Below, piece after piece: positions 34,399 through 43,879 of a stretch of DNA of 64,000 nt. Below the pieces are notes generated by a model. It was not told where the DNA came from. It did not search any database and saw only the letters and a program-made list of their open reading frames with translations. Every line of letters begins with the position of its first letter. Position 1 is the stretch's first letter. A program made the translations under genes and the position numbers. Source of the DNA: Acetobacteraceae bacterium (GTDB taxonomy: Bacteria; Pseudomonadota; Alphaproteobacteria; Acetobacterales; Acetobacteraceae); NCBI GenBank assembly GCA_021732665.1, contig JAKFUL010000006.1:37-64036 (forward strand), given 5' to 3'.

Positions 34399-35790
34399 TC
34401 AGATATGCAGCGCCCGGCCATCCACGGCCAACGCCGCCTCCTTCACCGCCTCGTTCAGCGAGGGGTGAGCGTGGCAGGTGCGGGCGACGTCCTCGGCACT
34501 CGCGCCGAATTCCATGGCCAGCGCGATCTCGGCGATCAGCGTGCCGGCATCGGGGCCGATGATATGGGCGCCCAGCACGCGGTCGGTCGCCTTGTCGGCC
34601 AGGATCTTCACGAAGCCGTCGGTATCGCCCATCGCCCGCGCCCGGCCATTGGCGGTGAAGGGGAATTTGCCGGACTTATAGGCCACGCCGCGCGCCTTCA
34701 GCTGCTCCTCGGTCTCGCCCACGCTCGCCACCTCGGGCCAGGTGTAGACCACGCCGGGGATGGCGCCGTAATTCACGTGGCCGCGTTGGCCGGCGAGGTT
34801 CTCGGCCAGGGCCACGCCCTCCTCCTCGGCCTTGTGGGCCAGCATGGGGCCGGCGATGACATCGCCGATCGCCCAGATGCCGGGGATATTGGTCGCGTAA
34901 TGGGCATCGACCTGCACCCGGCCGCGTTCGTCGAGTGCGACGCCGGCGCTGTCCAGCCCCAGCCCCGCCACATAGGGGCGGCGGCCGATGGCCAGCAGCA
35001 CGACATCGGCGCGCAGGCTCTCCTCCGCGCCACCGGCGGCGGGGGCAAGGGTGAGCGTCACCCCCGTGTCATCGGCCACCGCCGAGACCACCTTGGTCTT
35101 CAGCCTGAACTTGAAACCCTGCTTGCCCAGGATGCGCTCGAAGTTCTTGCCCACCTCATTGTCCATCGCCGGCACCAGGCGGTCGAGGAATTCGATCACC
35201 GTCACCTCGGCACCCAGGCGCGCCCAGACCGAGCCCATTTCCAGCCCGATATAGCCGCCGCCGATCACCACGAGGTGACCCGGCACCGCATCCAATTCGA
35301 GGCCGCCGGTGGAGGTGACGATGCGCTTCTCATCCACCACCACGCCGGGCAGCGGGATGCTCTCGGAGCCCGAGGCGATGACGATGTGCTTGGCGCCGTA
35401 TTCCGTGCCGTCCACCACCACCACGCCGGGCCTGGCGATGCGCCCCTCGCCCTTCAGCCAGGTTACCTTGTTCTTCTTGAACAGGAACTCCACGCCCTTG
35501 ACGTTGGCGCCGACGACCTCGGCCTTGCGGTCCTGCATGCGCTTGAGGTCGAGCGTCACCTGGCCGACATTCACCCCATGTTCGGCCAGCTTGTGGATGG
35601 CCTCCTCGTAATGCTCAGAGCTTTGCAGCAGCGCCTTTGAGGGGATGCAGCCGACATTGAGGCAGGTGCCGCCCAGGGTGGCGCGCTTCTCCACGCAGGC
35701 TACCTTCATGCCGAGCTGGGCGGCGCGGATGGCGCAGACATAGCCGCCGGGGCCGGCGCCGATGACGATGACGTCGAAATTGTCGGACAT
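34399..35790 (-). CDS. lpdA: Dihydrolipoyl dehydrogenase
   Basis: GAGPGGY, GGTCLNVGCIPSK, GGGYIGLE, HAHPS. Confidence 0.96.
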   Translation of the reverse strand: MSDNFDVIVIGAGPGGYVCAIRAAQLGMKVACVEKRATLGGTCLNVGCIPSKALLQSSEHYEEAIHKLAEHGVNVGQVTLDLKRMQDRKAEVVGANVKGVEFLFKKNKVTWLKGEGRIARPGVVVVDGTEYGAKHIVIASGSESIPLPGVVVDEKRIVTSTGGLELDAVPGHLVVIGGGYIGLEMGSVWARLGAEVTVIEFLDRLVPAMDNEVGKNFERILGKQGFKFRLKTKVVSAVADDTGVTLTLAPAAGGAEESLRADVVLLAIGRRPYVAGLGLDSAGVALDERGRVQVDAHYATNIPGIWAIGDVIAGPMLAHKAEEEGVALAENLAGQRGHVNYGAIPGVVYTWPEVASVGETEEQLKARGVAYKSGKFPFTANGRARAMGDTDGFVKILADKATDRVLGAHIIGPDAGTLIAEIALAMEFGASAEDVARTCHAHPSLNEAVKEAALAVDGRALHI

Positions 35791-35859
35791 GGGTAATGGG
35801 GCCTCAACCGTTTCGCGGCAAACTGGCGCGCGAGGCGCCAGCGCGCAAGGGCGAGGCGC

Positions 35860-36018
35860 CTACCAGCGCGTCGGGCGCTGCCGCAAGCGGAAAGTGTTGA
35901 AGAAACCGCGTCGGCCGCCCACGCGGACGCGGCGGCCGCCACGCGCCTCCGCCGGCCCAGGCAGGAGTCCCAGCAGCAGGGCGGGAAGGGCGAGGATCAG
36001 ACGACGCGGGCTGGGCAT
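35860..36018 (-). CDS. 52-aa secreted Arg/Gly-rich small peptide (not in ORF track)
   Basis: Hand translation MPSPRRLILALPALLLGLLPGPAEA-RGGRRVRVGGRRGFFNTFRLRQRPTRW*; signal peptide with AEA site; AGGA and AT-rich region upstream. Confidence 0.6.
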   Translation of the reverse strand: MPSPRRLILALPALLLGLLPGPAEARGGRRVRVGGRRGFFNTFRLRQRPTRW

Positions 36019-36091
36019 GACAGGAAATTCCTACACATGAATCGCGCAAAAGCTGTAAATCACTCCCATCAAACAACGCAATCGCGAAATG

Positions 36092-38110
36092 CTACAACCC
36101 GAACCGGACCATCCGCGAATTGCTGGCCTGCAGATTGCGCAGCCGCGCCAGCGCCCAGAGCGGAAAAAGCCGCCGATAGCCGTGGTAGCGGAGGTAAAAC
36201 ACTCGCGGAAAACCGGTGCCGGTATAATCATCCTCGGCCCATTCGCCGTCCTCGTTCTGGCGGCTCATCAGCCAGGCCGCGCCGCGCGCCACCGCCGGGC
36301 TGTCCACCTCGCCGGCCGCCATCAGCGCCAGCAGCGCCCAGGCCGTCTGGCTGGCGGTGGAGGTGCCGGGCAGCTGGCTGGCGGCGTCCGGGGCCGTGCC
36401 GCCGCGTTCGGGGTAGGTGTCGCCATCCTCGCCCCAGCCGCCATCGCGGTTCTGGCGGGATTCGAGCCAGGCGACGGCGCGGCGCATCGCCTCATGCTCA
36501 TGCGGCAGGCCGGCGGCGTTCAGCGCGGTGAGCGCCGACCATGTGCCATAGACATAGTTCACGCCCCAGCGACCATACCAGGCGCCGTCATCCTCCTGCT
36601 CGGCCAACAGGTATTCCACCGCCTCCCGCGCAGGTTTCTTCGCCCCCTCACCCAGTTGCCCCAGCATGGCCAGGCAACGCCCGGTCACATCGGCGGTCGG
36701 CGGGTCGAGCAGCGCGCCGTGATCGGCGAAAGGGATGTGGTTGAGGTAGTGGTGGGTGTTGTCGGCGTCGAAAGCGCCCCAACCGCCGCCGCGGCTTTGC
36801 ATCCCCACCGTCCAATCCACGGCGCGGATCATGGCGCCGGACATGCCCGGCGGCTCGGCGCCCGTGGCGCGGCGGTAGCGGTCCATCGCCAGCACCACCA
36901 CCGCCGTGTCGTCCACATCCGGGTAATGCGCGTTCTCGTACTGGAAGGCCCAGCCGCCGGGCGACAGGCGCGGCCGCTGCCAGGCCCAGTCGCCGCGCAC
37001 CTCGCGGATTTCGCGGTCGATCAGCCATTGCACGCCACGCCCCACCGCCGCCTCGGCCTCCGGCCCGCCCGCCTCCAGCAGCGCATGCGCCACAAGGGCC
37101 GTGTCCCAGATCGGCGAGAGGCAGGGCTGCACATAGGTCTCGCCATTGTCGCGGTGGCAGACCAGCTTCTCGATGGCGGCCCAGGCGGTGGTCATGCGCG
37201 GGTCATCCGCGGCCACGCCCAGCACGTGGTACATGAAAATGGCATTGGCCATGGCGGGGTAGATGGCGCCCAGCCCATCCTCGCCGTTGAGGCGTTCGGT
37301 GACGAATTTCTCGCAGGCCGCCTCGGCGCGGATGCGGTGGGTGCGGGGGAAGATCTTCTGTGCCCGCTGCAAAGCCTTGTCCACGGCCTTGAACAGGCTC
37401 GCGAAGGGCTCCTGCTGATGCGCGCCGCCGGGCCATTCGCGCACCTCATGCGGCGGCGTGGTGAAAAGCTCCGCGATATCCACGCCAATGGGCGCCACCG
37501 GCTGCGGCCTTCGCGCCATCACCACCGTCAGCGGCACCAGCACGGTGCGCGCCCAGTAGCTGATCTTGCCGATATGGAAGGGGAACCATTTCGGCAAAAG
37601 CATCAGTTCCGGCGGCATCACCGGCACGGCATGCCAGGGCACCTGGCCGAAGAGGGCCAGGGTGGAGCGGGTGAAGACGTTGCTCTTCTCCGCTCCGCCG
37701 GCGGCCAGGATGGCTTCGCGGGCGCGGATCATGTGCGGCGCGTCCGGCGCGTCGCCGATCAGGCGCAGGGCGAAATACGCCTTCACCGAACAGGAGACAT
37801 CGAGCTTGCCGGCATGGAAAAGCGGCCATCCGCCGCCGGCGGTCCCGGCCTCCTGCTCCTGCAGCCGGCGCAGGTAGCGGCCGATCGCGGCCTCGCGCTC
37901 GCGGTCGACATGGCCGAAGAAGCGGCGGAGCATGATGTACTCGGCGGGGATGGTGGCATCCGCCTCCAGCTCGAAGACCCAGTGGCCGTCCGGCTGCTGG
38001 CGCCGCAGCAGGGACTGCCGCGCCCGGGCCACCGCACGGTCCAGCACCGGCCCGCGCGGCATTTCCGCACGGGAGGCATCAGGCGACAGGATGTCGGGCA
38101 GGCTGTCCAA
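36092..38110 (-). CDS. shc: Squalene--hopene cyclase
   Basis: QQPDGHW, DVDDTA (DxDD), GGWAFQY, QW repeats, YTGTGFP; start uncertain. Confidence 0.95.
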   Translation of the reverse strand: MDSLPDILSPDASRAEMPRGPVLDRAVARARQSLLRRQQPDGHWVFELEADATIPAEYIMLRRFFGHVDREREAAIGRYLRRLQEQEAGTAGGGWPLFHAGKLDVSCSVKAYFALRLIGDAPDAPHMIRAREAILAAGGAEKSNVFTRSTLALFGQVPWHAVPVMPPELMLLPKWFPFHIGKISYWARTVLVPLTVVMARRPQPVAPIGVDIAELFTTPPHEVREWPGGAHQQEPFASLFKAVDKALQRAQKIFPRTHRIRAEAACEKFVTERLNGEDGLGAIYPAMANAIFMYHVLGVAADDPRMTTAWAAIEKLVCHRDNGETYVQPCLSPIWDTALVAHALLEAGGPEAEAAVGRGVQWLIDREIREVRGDWAWQRPRLSPGGWAFQYENAHYPDVDDTAVVVLAMDRYRRATGAEPPGMSGAMIRAVDWTVGMQSRGGGWGAFDADNTHHYLNHIPFADHGALLDPPTADVTGRCLAMLGQLGEGAKKPAREAVEYLLAEQEDDGAWYGRWGVNYVYGTWSALTALNAAGLPHEHEAMRRAVAWLESRQNRDGGWGEDGDTYPERGGTAPDAASQLPGTSTASQTAWALLALMAAGEVDSPAVARGAAWLMSRQNEDGEWAEDDYTGTGFPRVFYLRYHGYRRLFPLWALARLRNLQASNSRMVRFGL

Positions 38111-38495
38111 AGCGGGTGTTGTCCTAGAATCGAAGTGCTACGCGATCAATGCCATAGAGCGAAATTGTGGCACTTGCGAAGCCTCCCGCGGCATGCGGCG
38201 GCGTTTTCCATCCGCGATGGCGGCAGGCTTGCCGAAATCGTATCATTCCGGCGGCGAATAAGAGTGTTGTCATGCCGTCTGGCGCGATGATCTTCCCCGT
38301 GATGCCGCCGGATATCACCGGCACCCCGCGAATGAATCTCGCGTGATCCAGGTCGGTGTGGAACAAATACACCCGTGAGGCAATGAAGGAGCATTCTTGT
38401 TTCTTTGTCTCCAGAAGATTGCTGGCCGGCGCCGGGTTGATTTACACACATCAGGCGGGGGATCCAGCCAGGAATACAGCGCTCTACATGATCAT

Positions 38496-38736
38496 GGCGG
38501 GTTCGACGCGGTTACCGGCCAAGGGGCGGTGCGAAGGGGGGTGGAGCAGCTTCTTGGCCTGGCTGGTCCTTTCGGCGCCTTCACGCCGCGCAGGAGTGGC
38601 GGCGATGCCCTGTTCCGCCGCCCGCGGCCCAACCACAACACCGCCACCTCCAGCTCCGAAGCAGGCATCGCGCGGGGTGAACGACATCGGCACCGCGAAC
38701 GGCATCCTCCACACCATCGGGAAGATGCCGCCGCTT
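38496..38736 (+). pseudogene. Possible decayed fasciclin (FAS1) remnant
   Basis: GVEQLLGLAGPFGAFTP (H1-like) and NDIGTANGILHTIGK (H2-like) lie in different frames. Confidence 0.35.
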
Positions 38737-38743
38737 CGGCACC

Positions 38744-39655
38744 TCAGGCCGGGATCAGGCGCGCGGCCAACCGCACGGCGCTGGCTTCGCGCATCCGGGC
38801 CTCGATCCAGCCGATGAAGCGGTTGGCCAGGGCGACGTCGACGCCTGGGCCGTGATGCCGGGTCGCCACGTAGCGGCCAAGCACGATGCCATCGGACAGG
38901 ATGGGTTGGCAGTGGCCGGCCTCAAGCTCGGGTTCGGCCAGCAGGGTGCAGGCCAGGGCCACGCCCAGTCCGCGGGCGGAGGCAGTCAGCGCCATGGCCT
39001 TGTCCGGGACAACGAGGCTGCCGCCCGGCAGTTCTCCGACATGCCCGGCCATGGCCAACCAGTCACGCCAAAGATCGCGGGTGCCGGCATGGATCAGGGG
39101 ATGGGCGCGCAGCAGCGCCGAAATGCTGGCCACCGGCGGCGCATCGCGGGCGGCCATGGCATGCAGCGGCGGCTCGGCCAGCACCACATCCTCAGGCCCG
39201 ATCGCGGCTTCGAGGCGGCGCCAGGACAGGGTGATGTCGGGGTGGAAGCCCGCCTCCCAGGCCTCCCTCGGTTCGACCAGGGTCAGCGACAGCCCCGCCA
39301 CCTCGGCGCTGAAACCGGCGAGGCGGGGCAGCAGCCAGCGCTGCGCGAAGCTGCGGTCGCAGATGATGCCCATCCGGGGGCCGCGCGGCGCGCTGTCGCT
39401 GGCGATGCGCGTGGTGGCGCTGTTGATGCTGTGGAAGGCCGCGGTGATCTCGGCGAAATAGGCCCGGCCGGCCGGCGTCAGCATCACGCCGCGGCCCTCG
39501 CGCCGCAGCAGCTCCACGCCCATGCGGGCCTGCAGGGCCGAGACATGGCGGCTGATGCTGGCCAGGCCGACGCGAAGCTCGGCCGAGGCGGCCGACATGC
39601 TGGACAGTCGCGCGGTTGCCTCGAACGCCCGCAGCGCGGTTAAGGAAATACGCAT
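38744..39655 (-). CDS. LysR family regulator (GcvA-like)
   Basis: LTALRAFEATARLSSMSAASAEL..ISRHV, LTPAG, WLLPRL, GLGVAL. Confidence 0.88.
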   Translation of the reverse strand: MRISLTALRAFEATARLSSMSAASAELRVGLASISRHVSALQARMGVELLRREGRGVMLTPAGRAYFAEITAAFHSINSATTRIASDSAPRGPRMGIICDRSFAQRWLLPRLAGFSAEVAGLSLTLVEPREAWEAGFHPDITLSWRRLEAAIGPEDVVLAEPPLHAMAARDAPPVASISALLRAHPLIHAGTRDLWRDWLAMAGHVGELPGGSLVVPDKAMALTASARGLGVALACTLLAEPELEAGHCQPILSDGIVLGRYVATRHHGPGVDVALANRFIGWIEARMREASAVRLAARLIPA

Positions 39656-39727
39656 CTCATTAACTCTCCTGGCGCGGATTGTTGCATTTTCCGCGCTGAA
39701 CATTATTCGACGGAGAGCCTGGAACGG

Positions 39728-40852
39728 TTACCGCGACATCGGACCCGCCTCGCCTTTCCACATGCCGCCGCGGCCGCGGTGATGGGCGAGAGCGCTGTCG
39801 AGCGTAAAAATCATATAGGCCAGCGCAATGGCCGGTAGGTTGAGCGCCCGCCAGGGCGAAAGCCAAAAAAAGCGCTGGATCGGCACAAAGGAGAGGGTCA
39901 TCGCCGCCCAGGCCGCCGCCCCCAGCCACCAGGCCGGGCCGGAGGCGAAGAGCAGCAGCAGCGGTGGCGCCAGGAACACGAGTGCGAGAGCGGCCAGCAT
40001 GCCAAGCAGCACCACCGGGCTGTAGCCGAGCTGCGCATAGGCGGTGCGCGCGACCATGGCACGGATGGGCGCGACGGTTTCGCAGGCCCGCAGCGAGACC
40101 ACGCTTTCGGTCAGCCCCAGCCAAAGCCGGCCGCCATGGCGCTTGATCAGCGCCGCCAGCGAACAATCATCGATCATGGCGCCGCGGATGGCGGCCAGAC
40201 CGCCCGCCGCCTCGAAGGCGTCGCGCCGCAGCAGCACGCAGCCGCCCGCTGCACCGGCGGTGCGCGCCCGGGGGGAATTCACCCAGGCGAAGGGGTAGAG
40301 CATCTGAAAGAAATGGATGAAGGCGGGGATAAAGAAGCGCTCGGCGGCGCTGACGCAGCGCAGCTTCGCCATCAGGCTGGTGAGCGCGTGGCCGCCCGCC
40401 TCGGCACGCGCCACCAGCCGGCGCAGGCTGTGGGGGGCATGCAGGATGTCGGCATCGGTGAAGAGCAGGTAGGGCGTGCCGGGCCGCGCCGCCTCCAGCC
40501 CCTGCTGCAGCGCCCAGAGCTTGCCGGTCCAGCCCGCCGGCCGCGCGCCGCCGGTGACGACGGTCAGCCGGCCATCGCCCAGCGCCCGGGCCAGGTCGCC
40601 GGTGCCGTCGCTGCTGCGGTCATCCACCACCCAGAGGGTGAATTCGCCGGGATAATCCTGCGCCAGCAGCGCTGTCGCGACGGCGGCGATGGTCGGCGCC
40701 TCGTCGCGCGCCGGGACCAGGATGGTGACCGCGGGCCAGGATTCGGGCTCGGGGGCCAGTTCCGCATCGGTGATGTTGGCCCGCCAGAACATGCCCCGGC
40801 CCAGGATCAGCACCGCCCAGGCCAGAGCGGTGGCCGCGGCCAGCCAGATCAC
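39728..40852 (-). CDS. hpnB: Hopene-associated glycosyltransferase (GT2)
   Basis: PARDEA, VDDRSSDGT, GWTGKLWA, FTDADI, IDDC, WKG; between hpnA and shc. Confidence 0.82.
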   Translation of the reverse strand: MIWLAAATALAWAVLILGRGMFWRANITDAELAPEPESWPAVTILVPARDEAPTIAAVATALLAQDYPGEFTLWVVDDRSSDGTGDLARALGDGRLTVVTGGARPAGWTGKLWALQQGLEAARPGTPYLLFTDADILHAPHSLRRLVARAEAGGHALTSLMAKLRCVSAAERFFIPAFIHFFQMLYPFAWVNSPRARTAGAAGGCVLLRRDAFEAAGGLAAIRGAMIDDCSLAALIKRHGGRLWLGLTESVVSLRACETVAPIRAMVARTAYAQLGYSPVVLLGMLAALALVFLAPPLLLLFASGPAWWLGAAAWAAMTLSFVPIQRFFWLSPWRALNLPAIALAYMIFTLDSALAHHRGRGGMWKGEAGPMSR

Positions 40853-41844
40853 AGCATGCCCTGTTCGGTGAACCAGGCCAGCGCGTCATCCACCGCCTCG
40901 CGCCAGGGGCGGGCGTGGTAGCCCAGCGTCTTTTCGGCCAAAGCGGAGGAAAAATACATCGAATGGCCGGCCATGCGCAGCCCGTCCAGGGTCAGCATCG
41001 GCTCCCGCCGCGTGACCCGCGCGATGCTCTCGGCGGCGAAGGCGAGGGGGAAGAGCGGCAAACGGGGCAGGCGCCAGGGCGCGCCGCGGCCGTATTTCGA
41101 GGCGATATACCCCAGCAACTCGGCCAGCGGCACGTCCTGGCCACCCAGGATATGGCGCTGGCCCAGCCTGCCATGCTCCAGCGCCGCCACCACCCCCGCG
41201 GCGCAGTCATCGGCATGGACGAGGTTGAGGCCGGTCTCGACATAGGCCGGCATCTTTCCGCGCGCGGCCTCGAGGATGATGCGGCCGGTTGGGGTGGGCC
41301 TGCGGTCGCGCGGGCCGATGGGGGTCGTGGGGTTGACGATGGTGGCCGGCAGCGCGGCCTCCAGCACCATGCGCTCGACCACGCGCTCGGCCTCGGTCTT
41401 GCTTTTTTTGTAGGGGCCGATCGCCTCCTCAGGCATGGCGGGATCGGCCTCGGTGGCGGGGCTGCCATCGGCGCGGGGCTTGAGCGTGGCCACGCTGCTG
41501 ACATGGACGATGCGCTTCACCCCGGCGGCGAGTGCCGCGCGCATCAGCGCCTCGGTGCCGGTGACGTTGGCCGCCCACATCCCGGCGGGGTCGGGCACGA
41601 AAATGCGGTAATCGGCCGCGCAATGCACCAGCCCGTCGCATTCCCGCAGGCCAGCGGCGAGGCTGGCGGGGTCGGTCAGGTCGCCCGGCACATAGGCGAC
41701 ATCGAGGCCTTCGAGGACCCCGCGCGGCGTCTCCCGCCGGACCAGCGCCACCACCCGGTGGCCGCGGGCCAGCAGCGCGCGCGCCACGGCACTGCCGAGG
41801 AAACCCGTGCCGCCGGTCAAAAGACATGTCCGAGTCTCGCCCAT
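40849..41844 (-). CDS. hpnA: Hopanoid-associated sugar epimerase
   Basis: TGGTGFLG, HCAADYR, YKKSK, NPTTPIGPRDRRPTPTG. Confidence 0.88.
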   Translation of the reverse strand: MGETRTCLLTGGTGFLGSAVARALLARGHRVVALVRRETPRGVLEGLDVAYVPGDLTDPASLAAGLRECDGLVHCAADYRIFVPDPAGMWAANVTGTEALMRAALAAGVKRIVHVSSVATLKPRADGSPATEADPAMPEEAIGPYKKSKTEAERVVERMVLEAALPATIVNPTTPIGPRDRRPTPTGRIILEAARGKMPAYVETGLNLVHADDCAAGVVAALEHGRLGQRHILGGQDVPLAELLGYIASKYGRGAPWRLPRLPLFPLAFAAESIARVTRREPMLTLDGLRMAGHSMYFSSALAEKTLGYHARPWREAVDDALAWFTEQGML

Positions 41845-41918
41845 CCCGGGGTTTTGGCCTGTGTCGTGCCATCGGTCTACCCTCGTTTTGCCCGGTTCGA
41901 GGTGCTATGGGGCGGGCC

Positions 41919-42503
41919 ATGAGCACGACCCGACGCGCGCTGCTGGCGCTTCCCCTTCTCACCGCCGCCCCGGCCCTGGCGCAAGGCCCGGCCGAGGTGG
42001 TCGAGGGTTTTCACAACGCGCTGCTGGATGCGATGCGCAACTCGCCGCGCCTGGGCGTGCGCGGGCGGTATGACAGGCTGATGCCGGCGATGGGCCAGGC
42101 CTTCGACCTGGCGGCGATGACGCGCATCGCGGTCGGCCCGCCCTGGACCGGCTTCACCGCGGCCGACCAGGCGGCGCTGACCGAGGCGTTCACCCGCTGG
42201 TCCGTCGCCACCTACGCCGCGCGCTTCGATGGTTTTTCGGGCGAGACCTTCGCCACCCAGGGGGTGCAGGCCAATCCCAATGGCGACATGCTGGTGCGCA
42301 CCATGCTCATCCGCACGGGTGGGCAGGAGCCGGTGGTGCTGAGCTACCTGCTGCGCAACAACCGGGTGGTGGATGTGTACCTGACCGGCACGATCAGCGA
42401 GCTGGCCTCGCGCCGCAGCGAATTCACCGGGCTGATCCGCGAGGGCGGCGCGGCCCGGCTGCTGGCGGAGTTGCAGCGGCGGACCACGGCGCTGCTGGGG
42501 TGA
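41919..42503 (+). CDS. hpnM: Hopanoid-associated MlaC/Ttg2D-family protein
   Basis: AFDLAAMTRIAVG, YAARFDGFSGE, DVYLTGTISELASRRSEF; divergent from hpnA. Confidence 0.78.
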   Translation: MSTTRRALLALPLLTAAPALAQGPAEVVEGFHNALLDAMRNSPRLGVRGRYDRLMPAMGQAFDLAAMTRIAVGPPWTGFTAADQAALTEAFTRWSVATYAARFDGFSGETFATQGVQANPNGDMLVRTMLIRTGGQEPVVLSYLLRNNRVVDVYLTGTISELASRRSEFTGLIREGGAARLLAELQRRTTALLG

Positions 42504-43436
42504 TCAATACCCGGCGGAGAAATCCACCAGGTTGATCAGCGGCCGTCCCTGCCGCATCCGGCGGATATTCTCCACCACCTGCGGTGCCGCGCTGGAGGGA
42601 ATGGTGATGGAGGACGCATGCGGCCAGACCAGCACTTTCTCATGGCCCCAGAAGCGATGTTCGGGCGGCAGCGGCTCGGGCTCGAAGACGTCGAGTGCCG
42701 CGCCGGCGATGTGGCCGCAATCCAGCGCCGCCAGCAGGTCATCGGCCACCACATGGCCGCCGCGGCCGGAATTCATCACGAAAGCGCCGGGGGGCAGCAG
42801 GGCCAGGGTGTCGCGGTTGATGATCCCGCGGGTTTCCGGGGTGAGGGGGAGCAGGCAGACCAGGATGTCGGTCTGGGTCAGCATAGCGCGCAACCCATCG
42901 GCGCCGGCGAAGCAGGTGACGCCGGGGATGTCGCGCGGGGCGCGCGTCCAGCCCAGCACCGGGAAGCCGACCATGCGCAGCAACCCCGCGGCATGGGTGC
43001 CGAGCTGGCCGAGGCCGAGGATGCCGACACGGCGTTGCGCCGTGTCGGGTGCCGGCAGCTCGCGCCAGATCCGGGCGGCCTGCTGGGCGCGATATTCGGC
43101 GTCCTGGCGATGGAATCGCAGCACGTTGAGCAGCACCCATTCGCCCATGCCGGTGGTCAGGCGCTCATCCTTCAGCCGCGCCACGGGCACGCCGGGCGGC
43201 GGGCCGGGGGCACGCAGCAGATGGTCCACGCCCGCCCCCATGGAGACCAGGAGCTTGAGGTTGGGGTAGCGGCGCAGTTCGGCCATGTCGTGGCTGTTCC
43301 AGCAGACCGCGGCCTCGATCTCTTCGGGGTTGCCGGCCTCGGGGAACATCCGGATGTCCAGATCGGGCGCGATGGCCAGCAGCGCATCGCGCCAGGCCTG
43401 CATGGCTGACGCCTTGGTCGAGAGAAGAATGGCCAT
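42504..43436 (-). CDS. ghrA: Glyoxylate/hydroxypyruvate reductase A-like 2-hydroxyacid dehydrogenase
   Basis: GAGVDHL, GLGQLG, LLPLTPET, LDVFEPEPL. Confidence 0.85.
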   Translation of the reverse strand: MAILLSTKASAMQAWRDALLAIAPDLDIRMFPEAGNPEEIEAAVCWNSHDMAELRRYPNLKLLVSMGAGVDHLLRAPGPPPGVPVARLKDERLTTGMGEWVLLNVLRFHRQDAEYRAQQAARIWRELPAPDTAQRRVGILGLGQLGTHAAGLLRMVGFPVLGWTRAPRDIPGVTCFAGADGLRAMLTQTDILVCLLPLTPETRGIINRDTLALLPPGAFVMNSGRGGHVVADDLLAALDCGHIAGAALDVFEPEPLPPEHRFWGHEKVLVWPHASSITIPSSAAPQVVENIRRMRQGRPLINLVDFSAGY

Positions 43437-43879
43437 CAGGCGGGGACCTCGGTGCGAAGGCTGCGGACGAATTCGCGCCAGTCATCCCGGCGGGTGGCGA
43501 CCCGCTCGGCGCCATCGGGCAGCTTGGCGTAGAGGGTGAGGACGCCGCGCGACCAGAGCAGCTGGAACTGCATCTCGTTGTTCAGCACCAGCTCGGCCGT
43601 GCGGTGGAAGACGCCGTCCTTGATCTTCGGCTGGATTTTGGTGAGCCACCACCAGCAGCCCACCGCCAGCACCGCGGCCCCGACATAGAAATGGATGAGG
43701 GCGGTGGCGCCAAAGCTGGTGAACAGGATGGTCGCCGCCGGCCAGACATTCTCCCAGTAGTCGTAGACCGGGCTGCCCGGGCTGTTCATCTTGCGGATAT
43801 GCACGCCCAGCCGCACGCGCTCGGCGTTCAGCAGATCGCGCAGCTCGCCCAGCTCGGGGCTTTCGATATCAGGATTCAT
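43436..43879 (-). CDS. Hypothetical membrane protein
   Basis: 147 aa with two TM segments; abuts or overlaps both neighbours. Confidence 0.75.
   Translation of the reverse strand: MNPDIESPELGELRDLLNAERVRLGVHIRKMNSPGSPVYDYWENVWPAATILFTSFGATALIHFYVGAAVLAVGCWWWLTKIQPKIKDGVFHRTAELVLNNEMQFQLLWSRGVLTLYAKLPDGAERVATRRDDWREFVRSLRTEVPA

Noticed and set aside
36376-36412. Short match (GGCGTCCGGGGCCG..GCCGCGTTCG) between shc and the 52.7-kb repeat
   Set aside because: Too short and GC-rich to exceed chance without a genome-wide search
38344-38370. TGATCC-N18-TA as an ECF (RpoE-type) promoter for the fasciclin remnant
   Set aside because: The -10 match is weak; cannot be supported by eye
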